A stretch of 64,000 bases of DNA from Ruminococcus sp. (GCA_017460665.1 JAFUAO010000100.1:575-64574); one strand, 5' to 3'; positions 48,938 to 58,419 are shown, counted from the stretch's first letter. The notes: generated by a model not told the origin, from the letters alone. Made by a program: numbers and translations.

Positions 48938-49648
48938 TCAGTCCTCGTAAACGACTGTGCCGATCTCCTTGCCCATAACGGCGTCATAGATATTATCGGG
49001 GCGGCTCAGGTCGAATACCAGCATCTTCATCTTATTGTCACGGCACATGGCAGCGGCGGTGCTGTCCATAACGCCCAGGTCCTCGCCGATGACCTGAGAG
49101 AAGGTAAGTGTCTCGTACTTCTTTGCGTCGTCGAACTTATGGGGATCCTTGTCGTAAACTCCGTCAACGAGAGTGGCCTTGAGGAAGATGTCGGCGTTGA
49201 TCTCGACAGCACGGAGAGATGCGGCAGTATCGGTGGAGAAGAAGGGATTTCCCGTTCCGCAGCCGAAGATCACGATCCTGCCCTTGTTAAGGTGGGTAAC
49301 GGCCTTATTGCGGATATAGGGCTCGGCCACCTGGCGCATAGTGATAGCGGTCTGCACCCTCACATCGCAGCCCATAGACTCCAGCACATCGGCAACGGCC
49401 AGAGCGTTCATGGCAGTAGCCAGCATACCGATATGGTCGGCACGGGTCCTGTCCATGGATCCGCTGGAGCGGCCCCTCCAGAAGTTGCCGCCGCCCACGA
49501 CGATAGCCACCTGAGCGCCTGCGTCTGCGCACTTCTTGATGCTCTTGCAGATCTCAGTGATCACATCGTAGTTGAGACCTGTCTTCTTGTCGCCGGCAAG
49601 AGCCTCGCCGCTGACCTTTAATAAAACTCTTTTGTATTTTGGTTCCAT
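48938..49648 (-). CDS. pyrH: Uridylate kinase
   Basis: [34 protein letters not shown]. Confidence 0.97.
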   Translation of the reverse strand: MEPKYKRVLLKVSGEALAGDKKTGLNYDVITEICKSIKKCADAGAQVAIVVGGGNFWRGRSSGSMDRTRADHIGMLATAMNALAVADVLESMGCDVRVQTAITMRQVAEPYIRNKAVTHLNKGRIVIFGCGTGNPFFSTDTAASLRAVEINADIFLKATLVDGVYDKDPHKFDDAKKYETLTFSQVIGEDLGVMDSTAAAMCRDNKMKMLVFDLSRPDNIYDAVMGKEIGTVVYED

Positions 49649-49935
49649 AGTGCACCTCACAAATAAATTACTATGTATATTTTACACTAAAAATCCGCTC
49701 ATGTAAAGTACATTTTCCGAAAAAAGAGTAATTTTCACATTTATTTCTATTTTTTTACTTATTAAAATAATACGATGTGGAGAGCTATGGAAGGCCTTCG
49801 TTGATCTGCACAAAAATGTTGAGAACTTCTTGTCGCTTGCTTCCGTTTTTCCACCTTGACTTGAAAGGTTTTTCGTGGTATAATAAATAAGCTGACCGAT
49901 CGGAGGAGCTGCAAAAGCCCCTTCCGAAAAATGCT

Positions 49936-50024
49936 GGAGAGGTATCGAAGCGGTCATAACGAGGCGGTCTTGAAAACCGTTTGACGGAAACGTCACGTGG
50001 GTTCGAATCCCACCCTCTCCGCCA
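49936..50024 (+). tRNA. tRNA-Ser(TGA)
   Basis: GGAGAGG acceptor stem, anticodon arm GCGGT-CT-TGA-AA-ACCGT, long variable arm, GGTTCGAATCC, encoded CCA. Confidence 0.96.
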
Positions 50025-50048
50025 AATAACATCGGCAATTGCCGGTTT

Positions 50049-50138
50049 GCGGATTTACCCAAGTGGTGAAGGGGCTCCCCTGCTAAGGGAGTAGGTCGGG
50101 AAACCGGCGCGAGAGTTCAAATCTCTCAATCCGCGCCA
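50049..50138 (+). tRNA. tRNA-Ser(GCT); integration target
   Basis: GCGGATT/AATCCGC acceptor stem, CTCCC-CT-GCT-AA-GGGAG anticodon arm, long variable arm, AGTTCAAATCT, CCA. Confidence 0.95.
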
Positions 50139-50206
50139 ATATTAACAGCTCTGAAATGACGTATTTACGTTGTTTTGGAGCTTTTTATTTTTCGTATATT
50201 TTGATA

Positions 50207-50229
50207 TAGGGTGTTATTAGGGTGTTATG
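50207..50229 (+). repeat. Integrase arm-type repeats near tRNA-side att
   Basis: TAGGGTGTTA-T-TAGGGTGTTA; the same motif recurs three times at 56379-56410. Confidence 0.75.
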
Positions 50230-50279
50230 GGTCAAAAAAGAGCAGACTTGGAAGAAATTTCCGAGCCTGCTTTTTTCTA

Positions 50280-51680
50280 TTATTCAGCCTTTTTGATAAG
50301 GTCGTTTTCAAGGATTTCGCCGAGGGCTTCCGAAGCCGCCGCTTCCGCCGACTGTATCTCGTGAGCATATATAGACATCGTTGTTACAGCGGTAGAATGC
50401 CCTAACAGGCTCTGTACCGTCTTAACATTTGTTCCCTTAGATATGAGCAGAGTAGCGTTCAAGTGGCGCATACTGTGTACTGATACCCTCGGTATCTCAT
50501 ACTCTTCGCAAAACTTCTTTAGGAACTTGTAAGGAGTACCCATAGCCATTGTAGAGCCGTTATCTGCTGTAAATACGAGTTTTTGAGGGTTATTCCAGTA
50601 GTCACCATAATTCAGTTTTGCCGATAACTGCTCATTCTTGACCTGTCGGAGTATCAACATTACCCTATCTGTCATTTTCACTGAGCGCTTGGACTTCTTG
50701 GTCTTGGGGTCTGTGTAATAGTAGCCCTTGTCCTTGCTCCAATGCACCGCACGTCTGATATGCACCATATTATTGTCAAAGTCTATATCGTCCCACGTCA
50801 GGGCGAGTATCTCACCACGTCTGAAACCGCCGTATATTCCGATATTGAAGAATGCCCTGTATTTCAGCTCTGCGTGCTCGTCAAGGAGCTGCAAGAAGCG
50901 CTGAGTGTCTGCAACGCTCAAAATCTTATGGTCGGGAGCTTCGTATTTGGGGAGTGTGCAGTTAAGGCAAGGATTAACAGCAATCTCGCCTATTTTCACG
51001 GCATAGGAAAAGACCGTAGAGAGGAAACCGTGGTAGCAGCGTATTGTCTTCGGTGAGAGCTTGCTGTCATCGGCTGTCTTCTCAAAGACCGAGGTCGGGG
51101 TCTTCTTCAAAGCTTTGGCTATCTTTACAGCATTATCCCACATAATGCGCTCTTTATTGTAGCAGCTGCGTATGCAGTTGGTGGATACTTTAGCTTTGGC
51201 TGCGAAGGCTTTCTGCGTAATTTTAAGCTCTGTGAGCTTTGCTTTGAGGTCGATTTTGCAGCGCCCATAGGCATTGCCGTTCCTTTCGTCGGCGAGGGTG
51301 ACAAAAAACTTGTCAAGGTCAGCGGTCTTTATCTTGTCAATCCTGATATGACCGAGAGCAGGATATATGCGCTTGCAGCAGTCTCTGTACTTCTTGATAG
51401 TGGAAGCTGTCAGAGCCGTTTCGTGGACGGTAAACCAATCCTCAATGAAGTTCTGGAGCTTTCGGATATTGACCACCTTACCGCCCATACAAGCCGCTTC
51501 AAACTCCGCAGCAGCCTTGCTGACAGCCTTTTCTATCTGCTTAGGGGTCATACCCGCTTTGGGCTTCCACGTCAGCGACTGTGACTTCTGCTTACCGTCA
51601 GCACCGTATCCGCAGAATACCCTGATACGATATGAGATAATATCGCCGTTCTTATTCCTTTTCTTTTCAATCTGAGCCAT
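50280..51680 (-). CDS. int: Tyrosine recombinase (integrase) with inserted HTH-like segment
   Basis: Catalytic set GFRRGE (R), PKTK (K), HSMRH (HxxR), LGHS (H), SIYAH (Y). Confidence 0.95.
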   Translation of the reverse strand: MAQIEKKRNKNGDIISYRIRVFCGYGADGKQKSQSLTWKPKAGMTPKQIEKAVSKAAAEFEAACMGGKVVNIRKLQNFIEDWFTVHETALTASTIKKYRDCCKRIYPALGHIRIDKIKTADLDKFFVTLADERNGNAYGRCKIDLKAKLTELKITQKAFAAKAKVSTNCIRSCYNKERIMWDNAVKIAKALKKTPTSVFEKTADDSKLSPKTIRCYHGFLSTVFSYAVKIGEIAVNPCLNCTLPKYEAPDHKILSVADTQRFLQLLDEHAELKYRAFFNIGIYGGFRRGEILALTWDDIDFDNNMVHIRRAVHWSKDKGYYYTDPKTKKSKRSVKMTDRVMLILRQVKNEQLSAKLNYGDYWNNPQKLVFTADNGSTMAMGTPYKFLKKFCEEYEIPRVSVHSMRHLNATLLISKGTNVKTVQSLLGHSTAVTTMSIYAHEIQSAEAAASEALGEILENDLIKKAE

Positions 51681-52338
51681 TCTTCAAATCTCCTTTCAGT
51701 ACCATATCTAACAATTCTCGGCTGTGTTGTTCCATTAAGTCCCTATTCACCTTTCGTCCACGCTGTTTGCTTTCCTCATATTCCTTGGCTTTGGCAATCC
51801 TCATATCGTAGTCATCGAGCACTTCGTTGAATGTGAGAGTAGCACGATACCTAACAGCGTCAATCATCAGTCGTTCATACTCGCTGCTCATCGGCGACGG
51901 AGCACTTGCCGTTATATCTAACAACTGGGCTGATTGGTCGGATAAGTCCGTAAGGTCATCAAGTATCGGTGTCAGGTGCTTTACTATAAAGTCACTTAGA
52001 TTACTTCGGTGCTTGCTTAACTCGGCGAGGAAGTTGACCGCTTGTTCGGTGAGACCCAAATACTCACATACTCCTTGTGCTTTCGGGTCTGGAGATTTAA
52101 CATCTGTTCTACCAAGGATATAGTCTGTAGAAACTCCGAAATAATCAGCGAGCTTTCCCAAGTTATCACTGTCAGGCTTATATCTCCCATTGATTAAATT
52201 GCTTATTGTCTGTCGAGATAGACCAAGGTCTTCAACGATTTTAACGATTGGGGTGTTTCCTATTAACTCTTTAATGCGGTTGGCGGTTTTTTGGTTTTCA
52301 CTTAGCTTGTACTTGCTAACTTCCTTTTCATTTTTCAT
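51667..52338 (-). CDS. XRE-family repressor
   Basis: IVKIVEDLGLSRQTISNLINGRYKP...LADYFGVSTDYILGR. Confidence 0.88.
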   Translation of the reverse strand: MKNEKEVSKYKLSENQKTANRIKELIGNTPIVKIVEDLGLSRQTISNLINGRYKPDSDNLGKLADYFGVSTDYILGRTDVKSPDPKAQGVCEYLGLTEQAVNFLAELSKHRSNLSDFIVKHLTPILDDLTDLSDQSAQLLDITASAPSPMSSEYERLMIDAVRYRATLTFNEVLDDYDMRIAKAKEYEESKQRGRKVNRDLMEQHSRELLDMVLKGDLKNGSD

Positions 52339-52496
52339 CTGAAATTAGACCTCCTGTAAAGTTTGCTTATAAATTTAGCTTTGTTGGTAAAATTAGCTTG
52401 ACATATCCACCTGCTTATGCTATACTAAATTATAGCAAAGAAACTTAACTTTGTCAAGAGCTATGTAAAATAAATTTTACGAAGGGAGATTATATT

Positions 52497-52697
52497 ATGA
52501 ATGAAATGAACAGACCTATAATGATGTTACCTAAGCAGATATCAGAGGAGTTCGGTATCCCGATTTATCGTATCCGCAAGTGGGTTGCCGAGGGCAGGAT
52601 AGTGTATGTACCTTGTGGTCGGAGAGCGCTTATCAATAAGGAGAAGTTTGTCGCTTTCCTTAACGGCGAACTCAACAGCGAAGCGGTAGCCAAGTAA
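52497..52697 (+). CDS. xis: Excisionase-like HTH protein
   Basis: 66 aa, LPKQISEEFGIPIYRIRKWV...VPCGRRALI; divergent from repressor. Confidence 0.8.
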   Translation: MNEMNRPIMMLPKQISEEFGIPIYRIRKWVAEGRIVYVPCGRRALINKEKFVAFLNGELNSEAVAK

Positions 52698-53018
52698 AGA
52701 GAACAGCCACTCCCTGAGTACAGAGGGTGGCTGTCTTTATAGCCTGCCTCGCTGCAAGGCGAATTCAAAGCGAAGTGCTATCAGACATCGAGATTTGCGT
52801 TCTAAGCCATTCTATGCTTTAGGCAGGGTCGGTTACTACCCTAACAACAAAAAGCCACTGAGACCCCTCTGTGTTCATCTGAGGGGCTGCGGTGGCAAAT
52901 ATAAGTTTTTCAATACAGGGGGGTTGTCCCTGTTGAGAAGGATTATATGTATTAACGCAACAGACATTTTCTCAGTCAATAGACTTATGCGCATTCAGTC
53001 AACAGAAAGGAGAACACT

Positions 53019-54200
53019 ATGAGTTATCCCTATTCAGCTATAAGTTCACAACAGTTAAGTACGCTCAGGAGACTGGTATGTTCTGAGAGCGGTTATGAAG
53101 AACTTAGAGGTTTCCCCTGTTGTTCTGCGCATACTGGCAAGCGTGAAAAACGATACAGAGCTACGCTTCCTGCTATGGTCAGCGCAAACTCAAGACGTTC
53201 ATTCAATACCTGTTTCTTAGAAGCTCTGAATAACTTCGACAGAAACGATTTCTGCATAACGCTGACTTTCAAGGACAGTGTTCTCGATACCGACAGATAT
53301 AATCTCTTGCAAAATATGAAAAAACGCTTGCAGAGGAAATATGGCAAGCATAAAAATAAAAAGGGAAAATGGGTGTCCAATCTGAAGTATATGATATTTT
53401 GGGGTCGTGGAGATATAGAAAATCAGCTCCACGTACATATGCTTGTTAATAAAATCGTTGGACTTCGTTTCGATGAACTGTGCGAGATTTGCAGAGGTAA
53501 GGGAGTTGATGTATCGGCTTATCGTGGAGCGGAGACTATCGAGGGTGTTGCCGTTGAACTTCCGTCCGTTCCCGAAGCTGAACACATTCAGCGGTACAAC
53601 GAGCTAACAGGTAAGAAGCTGGTGGAGAAAGCAAATGCACATATCAATGAAATCGGTAAAGACTATCTTCTGTCCGTGCCTGACTATGAGATTATCGAGC
53701 GGACAATTTGGTATCTCTACAAGCACTGGGACACCCTCACCGACGAGGACAAGAAGCTGACTAAAATGCATAAGGCTCACTGGATACCGTCACGCACTCT
53801 GAACAAGGTCGAAGTGACCGAGAGCTACGATGACGATGAGACTGAACAGCCCTTTGAAAAATCGCCGTACAAGCAGCTTTCTGCGTACTGGAAAGCTTGG
53901 CAGAAAAGCCCTGAGGACTTCAATACACTTGTTGAGAGACTTAACCCTGGTCGTCTTGTCTACGGCTACCGATACAACAACGGTCAGTCCCCATTCTACA
54001 TTGACGAATACGGTCAGACTTTCTTCGGGGTAGAACTCGTTCGTATCGGCAGTAAAATGGATTACGGCAATAAGACAGTTATCAAAAAATTCAGGTCAGG
54101 GAATGTAGAGCACCGCTATGTGGTCGATACATTCACAGGCGAGGTAATCAAGGAGTATGAGCTTGACCTGACTACAGGGAAAATGCTGCAAGTGGCGTAA
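53019..54200 (+). CDS. HUH rolling-circle replication initiator
   Basis: Motif I CITLTF, motif II LHVHML, motif III WYLYK (YxxK); GAAAGGAG RBS. Confidence 0.75.
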   Translation: MSYPYSAISSQQLSTLRRLVCSESGYEELRGFPCCSAHTGKREKRYRATLPAMVSANSRRSFNTCFLEALNNFDRNDFCITLTFKDSVLDTDRYNLLQNMKKRLQRKYGKHKNKKGKWVSNLKYMIFWGRGDIENQLHVHMLVNKIVGLRFDELCEICRGKGVDVSAYRGAETIEGVAVELPSVPEAEHIQRYNELTGKKLVEKANAHINEIGKDYLLSVPDYEIIERTIWYLYKHWDTLTDEDKKLTKMHKAHWIPSRTLNKVEVTESYDDDETEQPFEKSPYKQLSAYWKAWQKSPEDFNTLVERLNPGRLVYGYRYNNGQSPFYIDEYGQTFFGVELVRIGSKMDYGNKTVIKKFRSGNVEHRYVVDTFTGEVIKEYELDLTTGKMLQVA

Positions 54201-54374
54201 TCATCAAGGGGAGAATTTTCAAAGAGTGGAAAGCTCTTTGAAGCCGTCGGCAGACGGAGTGCAGGGGAACTACTGCGGGGGAGATTTTTAAGCGGGGGAA
54301 AGTCGCTTAAAGCCCTCGGCAGAGACAGGTGCAGGGCGGTAGCTTTGCCCCTCGGAGAGCGAACAGGGCTACTA

Positions 54375-54400
54375 TGTAGCCTTAGTGAGATAAAGCTACA
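54375..54400 (+). promoter_or_regulatory. Candidate MOBV oriT
   Basis: Hairpin TGTAGC-cTTA-gtgaga-TAAa-GCTACA; TAGTGAGATA resembles the pMV158-family nic region TAGTGTGTTA (8/10); lies about 130 bp upstream of mob. Confidence 0.55.
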
Positions 54401-54529
54401 AAATCAGCTTTTGGGAAATACTGGTGATTTGTAACAAAATAGAATAGCTGAATTTGGAGCTTTACAATGTCACAAAATCAGACACAAACAAGAATAAAAA
54501 TAATGCAGACCAAGAAAGGAGAATGACAG

Positions 54530-56146
54530 ATGAGTTTTCAAGTTGTCAGAATATCACCACCGTACAAAAAATCTGACCTCGGTGGTCTCGGAAATGAGCT
54601 TGAAAGAGCAAAGGGAGTTGAAGATAAAAACAAAGATATTGATAAAGATTTGAGTTATCTCAACAAGATTTTTGTTGACTCAGGCGGCGGCTTTCGAGGC
54701 AAGTTCAAGCAGATACTTAAAGACCTGAATTGCTCATTCAATGGCAGTAAAAATCAGACTGCTTTTGAGGGAATGGTTATCACTTCCGACACTGAATTTT
54801 TTAAGTCTTTGGGTTGGGAAAAAGGCAAGCCTGCACCGCCTGCGGTAGAAGAATTTTTCGACAGAGCATATGCTTTTGCATTATCAATGATTGGCTATAA
54901 GGGCGGAGATAAAAATATCATCGGCGCAAGAGTACATTACGATGAAACTACACCGCATTTGCAGTTATACTATGTGCCTGTTGCTGATGAGTGGAAGCAG
55001 AAAGTTTATGCAAAAGATGAAGACGGAAAAGTCCTGCGTAATGACAAGAACAGTCCTATACAGGCAAGAGATGAAAACGGAAAAACTATCACGGAAAAAG
55101 TTGTATCTCCCGAAGCCCCGAAAGTGTCTAAGGGTGACTTCTGGGCTAAGCGTGGCGGCAAGAATAGCTATCGTAAAATGCAGGACGCTTTCTTTGAACT
55201 TTTCAATGTTCAGTATGGCTATGCTTTAGAGCGTGGAGAGGTTGGCTCTGACCGTGAACACACCGAAAAATATGAATGGGAAGCACAGCAGCAGGTGGCT
55301 CACCTCGCAGAGCAGGACAAACAAATAAAGGATAATGAAAATAAACTCAACGAGCTTGAAAAAACAAAAATGATGACAGAGGTACAGAACGAAATCGCAC
55401 AGGACGATGCCGAGGAACTCGCCGCCAAAGTCGCCGACCTTACAACGCAAAGAGACAACCTTTTAGGCGAAGTATCTGCCCTTACTACGACTAAGAGCGA
55501 GACTACCGCCGAGCTTGCTGATGTCAGGTCTGAATACTCAGCCTTATCCGCAAAACACGGCAGGCTTGAAGCCGAGAATGAAAGGCTCAAAGCCGAAAAT
55601 GCAAAAGGCATACAGAACTACATCGGCGGTATAGAGCCGTACCCAAAAGAGCCTACATCTGACCGCTTGGCTGAATGGGAAATTTTCAAGAAAAGTCTCT
55701 TTAAGAAAGACGATAAAGGCAGACCGCTTGACGATAAGGGCAGAGTGCTAAAGGGCAGAAGACTTGAAGCAGCGATAGCTGAAAAAAAGGAATGGTATGA
55801 CAGCTATATGAAGCCTTGGTATGAATACGATATAGCGGTAGATAATTGGCATAAGAACAACGATAGCATTGATGCTGTTTCAAAGGCTTTGTCGCATATT
55901 TCAGACTTGCAGAATGAACACGAAGCTAAGATAGCCGCCGACACTCGCATTACAGAGCTTTCAGAACGCAGGACAGCGGCGGTCAAGGCGAGGGCGAGTA
56001 TATCCCCTGCGTTCAAGGCTAAATACAGTCAGATGATACCACAATCTCAGTACAAAGGAAGGAGAGAAAGAGATGAAAGTGAACTTACTCAAAGCAAGCA
56101 GAACGGTCATAATACCTCAAAGCCGAAGCAAGTCGAAAGGGACTAA
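54530..56146 (+). CDS. mobV: Plasmid recombination/mobilisation protein (Mob_Pre, MOBV relaxase), atypical motifs
   Basis: VHYDETTPHLQ, EGMVITSD, SYRKMQD...LERGE; long coiled-coil C-terminus. Confidence 0.85.
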   Translation: MSFQVVRISPPYKKSDLGGLGNELERAKGVEDKNKDIDKDLSYLNKIFVDSGGGFRGKFKQILKDLNCSFNGSKNQTAFEGMVITSDTEFFKSLGWEKGKPAPPAVEEFFDRAYAFALSMIGYKGGDKNIIGARVHYDETTPHLQLYYVPVADEWKQKVYAKDEDGKVLRNDKNSPIQARDENGKTITEKVVSPEAPKVSKGDFWAKRGGKNSYRKMQDAFFELFNVQYGYALERGEVGSDREHTEKYEWEAQQQVAHLAEQDKQIKDNENKLNELEKTKMMTEVQNEIAQDDAEELAAKVADLTTQRDNLLGEVSALTTTKSETTAELADVRSEYSALSAKHGRLEAENERLKAENAKGIQNYIGGIEPYPKEPTSDRLAEWEIFKKSLFKKDDKGRPLDDKGRVLKGRRLEAAIAEKKEWYDSYMKPWYEYDIAVDNWHKNNDSIDAVSKALSHISDLQNEHEAKIAADTRITELSERRTAAVKARASISPAFKAKYSQMIPQSQYKGRRERDESELTQSKQNGHNTSKPKQVERD

Positions 56147-56381
56147 CAGACGTGTCCTGCACAACGACTTTGTATTCTTTGCAGACATACCCATAGACAC
56201 CGAACAGAACGTCTTAGACGAGCTAATAGAAGCCTTAGAACGCAAGCTCGGTGATGAGATATGGGACGTGGCTGTGGTATTCGATTACACAGCGGTTGCT
56301 CCCGACGGCAGCGAGGGTGTGACTACGGTCAAGCTGAGTACAGGGGCTATGCTCCGCGATAAAATCAGCGTTGAAATTTAG
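56073..56381 (+). CDS. Possible small hypothetical protein at element end
   Basis: 102-aa ORF overlapping mob by 74 bp; protein-like C-terminal half; no recognised motif. Confidence 0.35.
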   Translation: MKVNLLKASRTVIIPQSRSKSKGTNRRVLHNDFVFFADIPIDTEQNVLDELIEALERKLGDEIWDVAVVFDYTAVAPDGSEGVTTVKLSTGAMLRDKISVEI

Positions 56382-56410
56382 GGTGTCTGGGGTGTTATTA
56401 GGGTGTTATG
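56379..56410 (+). repeat. Integrase arm-type repeats near distal att
   Basis: TAGGGTGTC-TGGGGTGTTA-TTAGGGTGTTATG. Confidence 0.75.
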
Positions 56411-56633
56411 CTATACTAAAAATGACCTAATTAGGGACAACTGCGCTAAACTTCAATCAATCGAAAATGGCGTAATTTCGGGCAATTTTTCACTACACTC
56501 AACTACACTGAATTAGCTCCCTATATTTCAAATCTCTCAATCCGCGCCAAGCTCTCAAATGGCTGTAACAGGCCGTTTGAGAGTTTTCTTTTACAAGATA
56601 AAGGCCCGTCAGTTATCTGAACGGGCCTTTTTA

Positions 56634-57020
56634 TCATCCATTATTCGTCAGGGTCTCACCCTCAGCACAGTGCTGCTTGATCCATTCTCCGGTGGCCGAG
56701 ACGAAAAGCTGATTGGACGGGAACTCATCCTCCTTGTAATCAAGACAGTTCCCGAAGATCTCGCTGGCAAACTTCCGGTCACGCCTTTTCCAGCCGGATA
56801 TGATCGCATGGCGCATGGAGCGCTCTGCTCCTGCTCGTGTCGAGTCGAACTCAAGCGCCACGGTATCATAAATATTCCGCAAAACATCCAGGTCATTCTC
56901 CACAGCGAGGACATAGGTGCCTATGGCTTTCCTCAAGTAGTGGAATCCCTTTAGATTGGGCGCTATGCCCAAGATCATGAGCAGATCTGTGATCTCTTTT
57001 TCTATATCTTTTGACAACAT
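56634..57020 (-). CDS. Stand-alone Spo0A C-terminal-domain DNA-binding protein
   Basis: LGIAPNLKGFHYLRKAI, IYDTVA, AERSMRHAI, PSNQLFV. Confidence 0.85.
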   Translation of the reverse strand: MLSKDIEKEITDLLMILGIAPNLKGFHYLRKAIGTYVLAVENDLDVLRNIYDTVALEFDSTRAGAERSMRHAIISGWKRRDRKFASEIFGNCLDYKEDEFPSNQLFVSATGEWIKQHCAEGETLTNNG

Positions 57021-57217
57021 CCTCATCCTCCATGTTAAAATAATACCATATCATGGGGAATAATCATACCATGAATTTTGACGAGATTTGTCGAACTTTG
57101 TAGAGATGTGTTCTGAAAAAAGACGAAAGCGGCCCGGAAGACCGGGCCGCTCCTGTTTGTTCCCCTTACAGAACAAGATCTTATATATGCTCCCGTGCAG
57201 ATGGGAGATCATAAGCG

Positions 57218-58150
57218 TCATCCACCTTGCTTATCCGCAAGGAACTCCTCCAGACTGCCGGTCCCGCCGGTGCTGGTGAAGGCATAGTAGGCCAGCACGT
57301 CCGAGGCGTCAGAGGCGTCGATATACTGGTCGCCGTTGACGTTGGCGGCCTTCTCAGCCGCTGTGCTCAGGCCGGTAGTACCGCCGGTCTGGGTATTGGA
57401 ATAGGCAACGAGTATATCCGAGGCATCAGATGAGTTGATCATGGTGTCTCCGTTGACATCGCCCAGAAGGAAGTCCTCCTCTGCGCCGCCGGAGATCTTG
57501 ATATAGCCGTTGGTGATGCCCTTCGTGAAAAGATAGGCCTCCTGGAGCTTAGCCTCATCCGTCTTTCCCAGGTCCATGAACACGTCGCTGCCGTAGTCGG
57601 TGCTGACGTATTCGATACCTACCGGGTAAAGGCTGCCTGCCTTGGCGTCCTCCGGAAGAGCGAACTTGAGCTTGCACAAAACGCCGTCCTGAAGCCTGTT
57701 CCCGGCGGAAAAAGCGCCGATATTGACACAGGATCCGTTGACCAGAGCAGTTACTACAGAGAAGGATGCGTCCATGGCGCCGCCGATCTCCACCAGTCTG
57801 AAGTCATTAGGCGGAGTCAGCGTCAGGCGTGAGTCGTAGTCGATGTGAAGGTTGATCGAAGCCACCGATCCGAGGACTCCCGAAACATGGACATCGACCT
57901 CCACTGTGCCGCCGGGCTCAAGAGACTGAGGATCCGCCTCGATCTGGTCGATCCAGATCTTGGCATCTCCCGAATATGCGGAAACGTCCAAGTCGCCCGG
58001 GTCGTAAAAGCTCTGATAGGGAGCCTCCTTGTCGTCCTGAGCGTCGCAGTAGTTGAAGTCCAGAGCATCTGCTGAGAGCGCAGCGGCAAAGGCTCCTGTC
58101 ATGACCGCCGCAGTGATCAGCGAAGCAGCTCTAAAAAATATACCTTTCAT
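57218..58150 (-). CDS. Secreted cohesin + dockerin protein (adaptor scaffoldin-like)
   Basis: Signal peptide; cohesin-like beta domain (LHIDYDSRL, GVLCKLKF, YPVGIEY); duplicated GDVNGD...ASDASD dockerin repeats. Confidence 0.85.
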   Translation of the reverse strand: MKGIFFRAASLITAAVMTGAFAAALSADALDFNYCDAQDDKEAPYQSFYDPGDLDVSAYSGDAKIWIDQIEADPQSLEPGGTVEVDVHVSGVLGSVASINLHIDYDSRLTLTPPNDFRLVEIGGAMDASFSVVTALVNGSCVNIGAFSAGNRLQDGVLCKLKFALPEDAKAGSLYPVGIEYVSTDYGSDVFMDLGKTDEAKLQEAYLFTKGITNGYIKISGGAEEDFLLGDVNGDTMINSSDASDILVAYSNTQTGGTTGLSTAAEKAANVNGDQYIDASDASDVLAYYAFTSTGGTGSLEEFLADKQGG

Positions 58151-58352
58151 ATTATCCCTTCCTTTCCCTAACTATAACTATACCACAAAAAATCTCTTTT
58201 GTCACTACCGTGAGGGGAAGATCCGTAACGAAATTTTCCGCCCATTATTGTGCGTTTTTAACGATCCTGAACGGTCGCTCCTGCGGAGCTCCCACAGACA
58301 AGCTCCCGAAACGACGGTATATCTGCGAAAAGTGAAAATGCTGTGAAAGTCC

Positions 58353-58405
58353 TTGACATAAGGGGAAGAATGTGGTATCATATAAAATGAGAATTATTAT
58401 CATTT
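58353..58405 (+). promoter_or_regulatory. sigmaA promoter followed by Fur/Zur-type box
   Basis: TTGACA (58353) - 17 bp - TGgTATCAT (58376); AAATGAGAAT-t-ATTATCATTT 10-1-10 palindrome at 58385-58405. Confidence 0.72.
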
Positions 58406-58419
58406 TTGGAGGTGTCGGT

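Larger units (their letters stand above)
50116..56550. mobile_element. Integrative mobilisable element (6411 bp between att copies) in tRNA-Ser(GCT)
   Basis: 24-bp direct repeat TTCAAATCTCTCAATCCGCGCCAA at 50116-50139 and 56527-56550; int, XRE, xis, rep, mob inside; lower GC than host. Confidence 0.93.

Noticed and set aside
13605-49621. Many long antisense or alternate-frame ORFs (for example 41127..42650, 36415..37383, 25371..26144)
   Set aside because: These are shadow ORFs expected from GC3-rich codon usage opposite well-supported genes; none has recognisable motifs.
49682-50405. ORFs 49682..50062 and 50211..50405
   Set aside because: The first is antisense to a tRNA and the second overlaps arm repeats and the integrase end; both are spurious.
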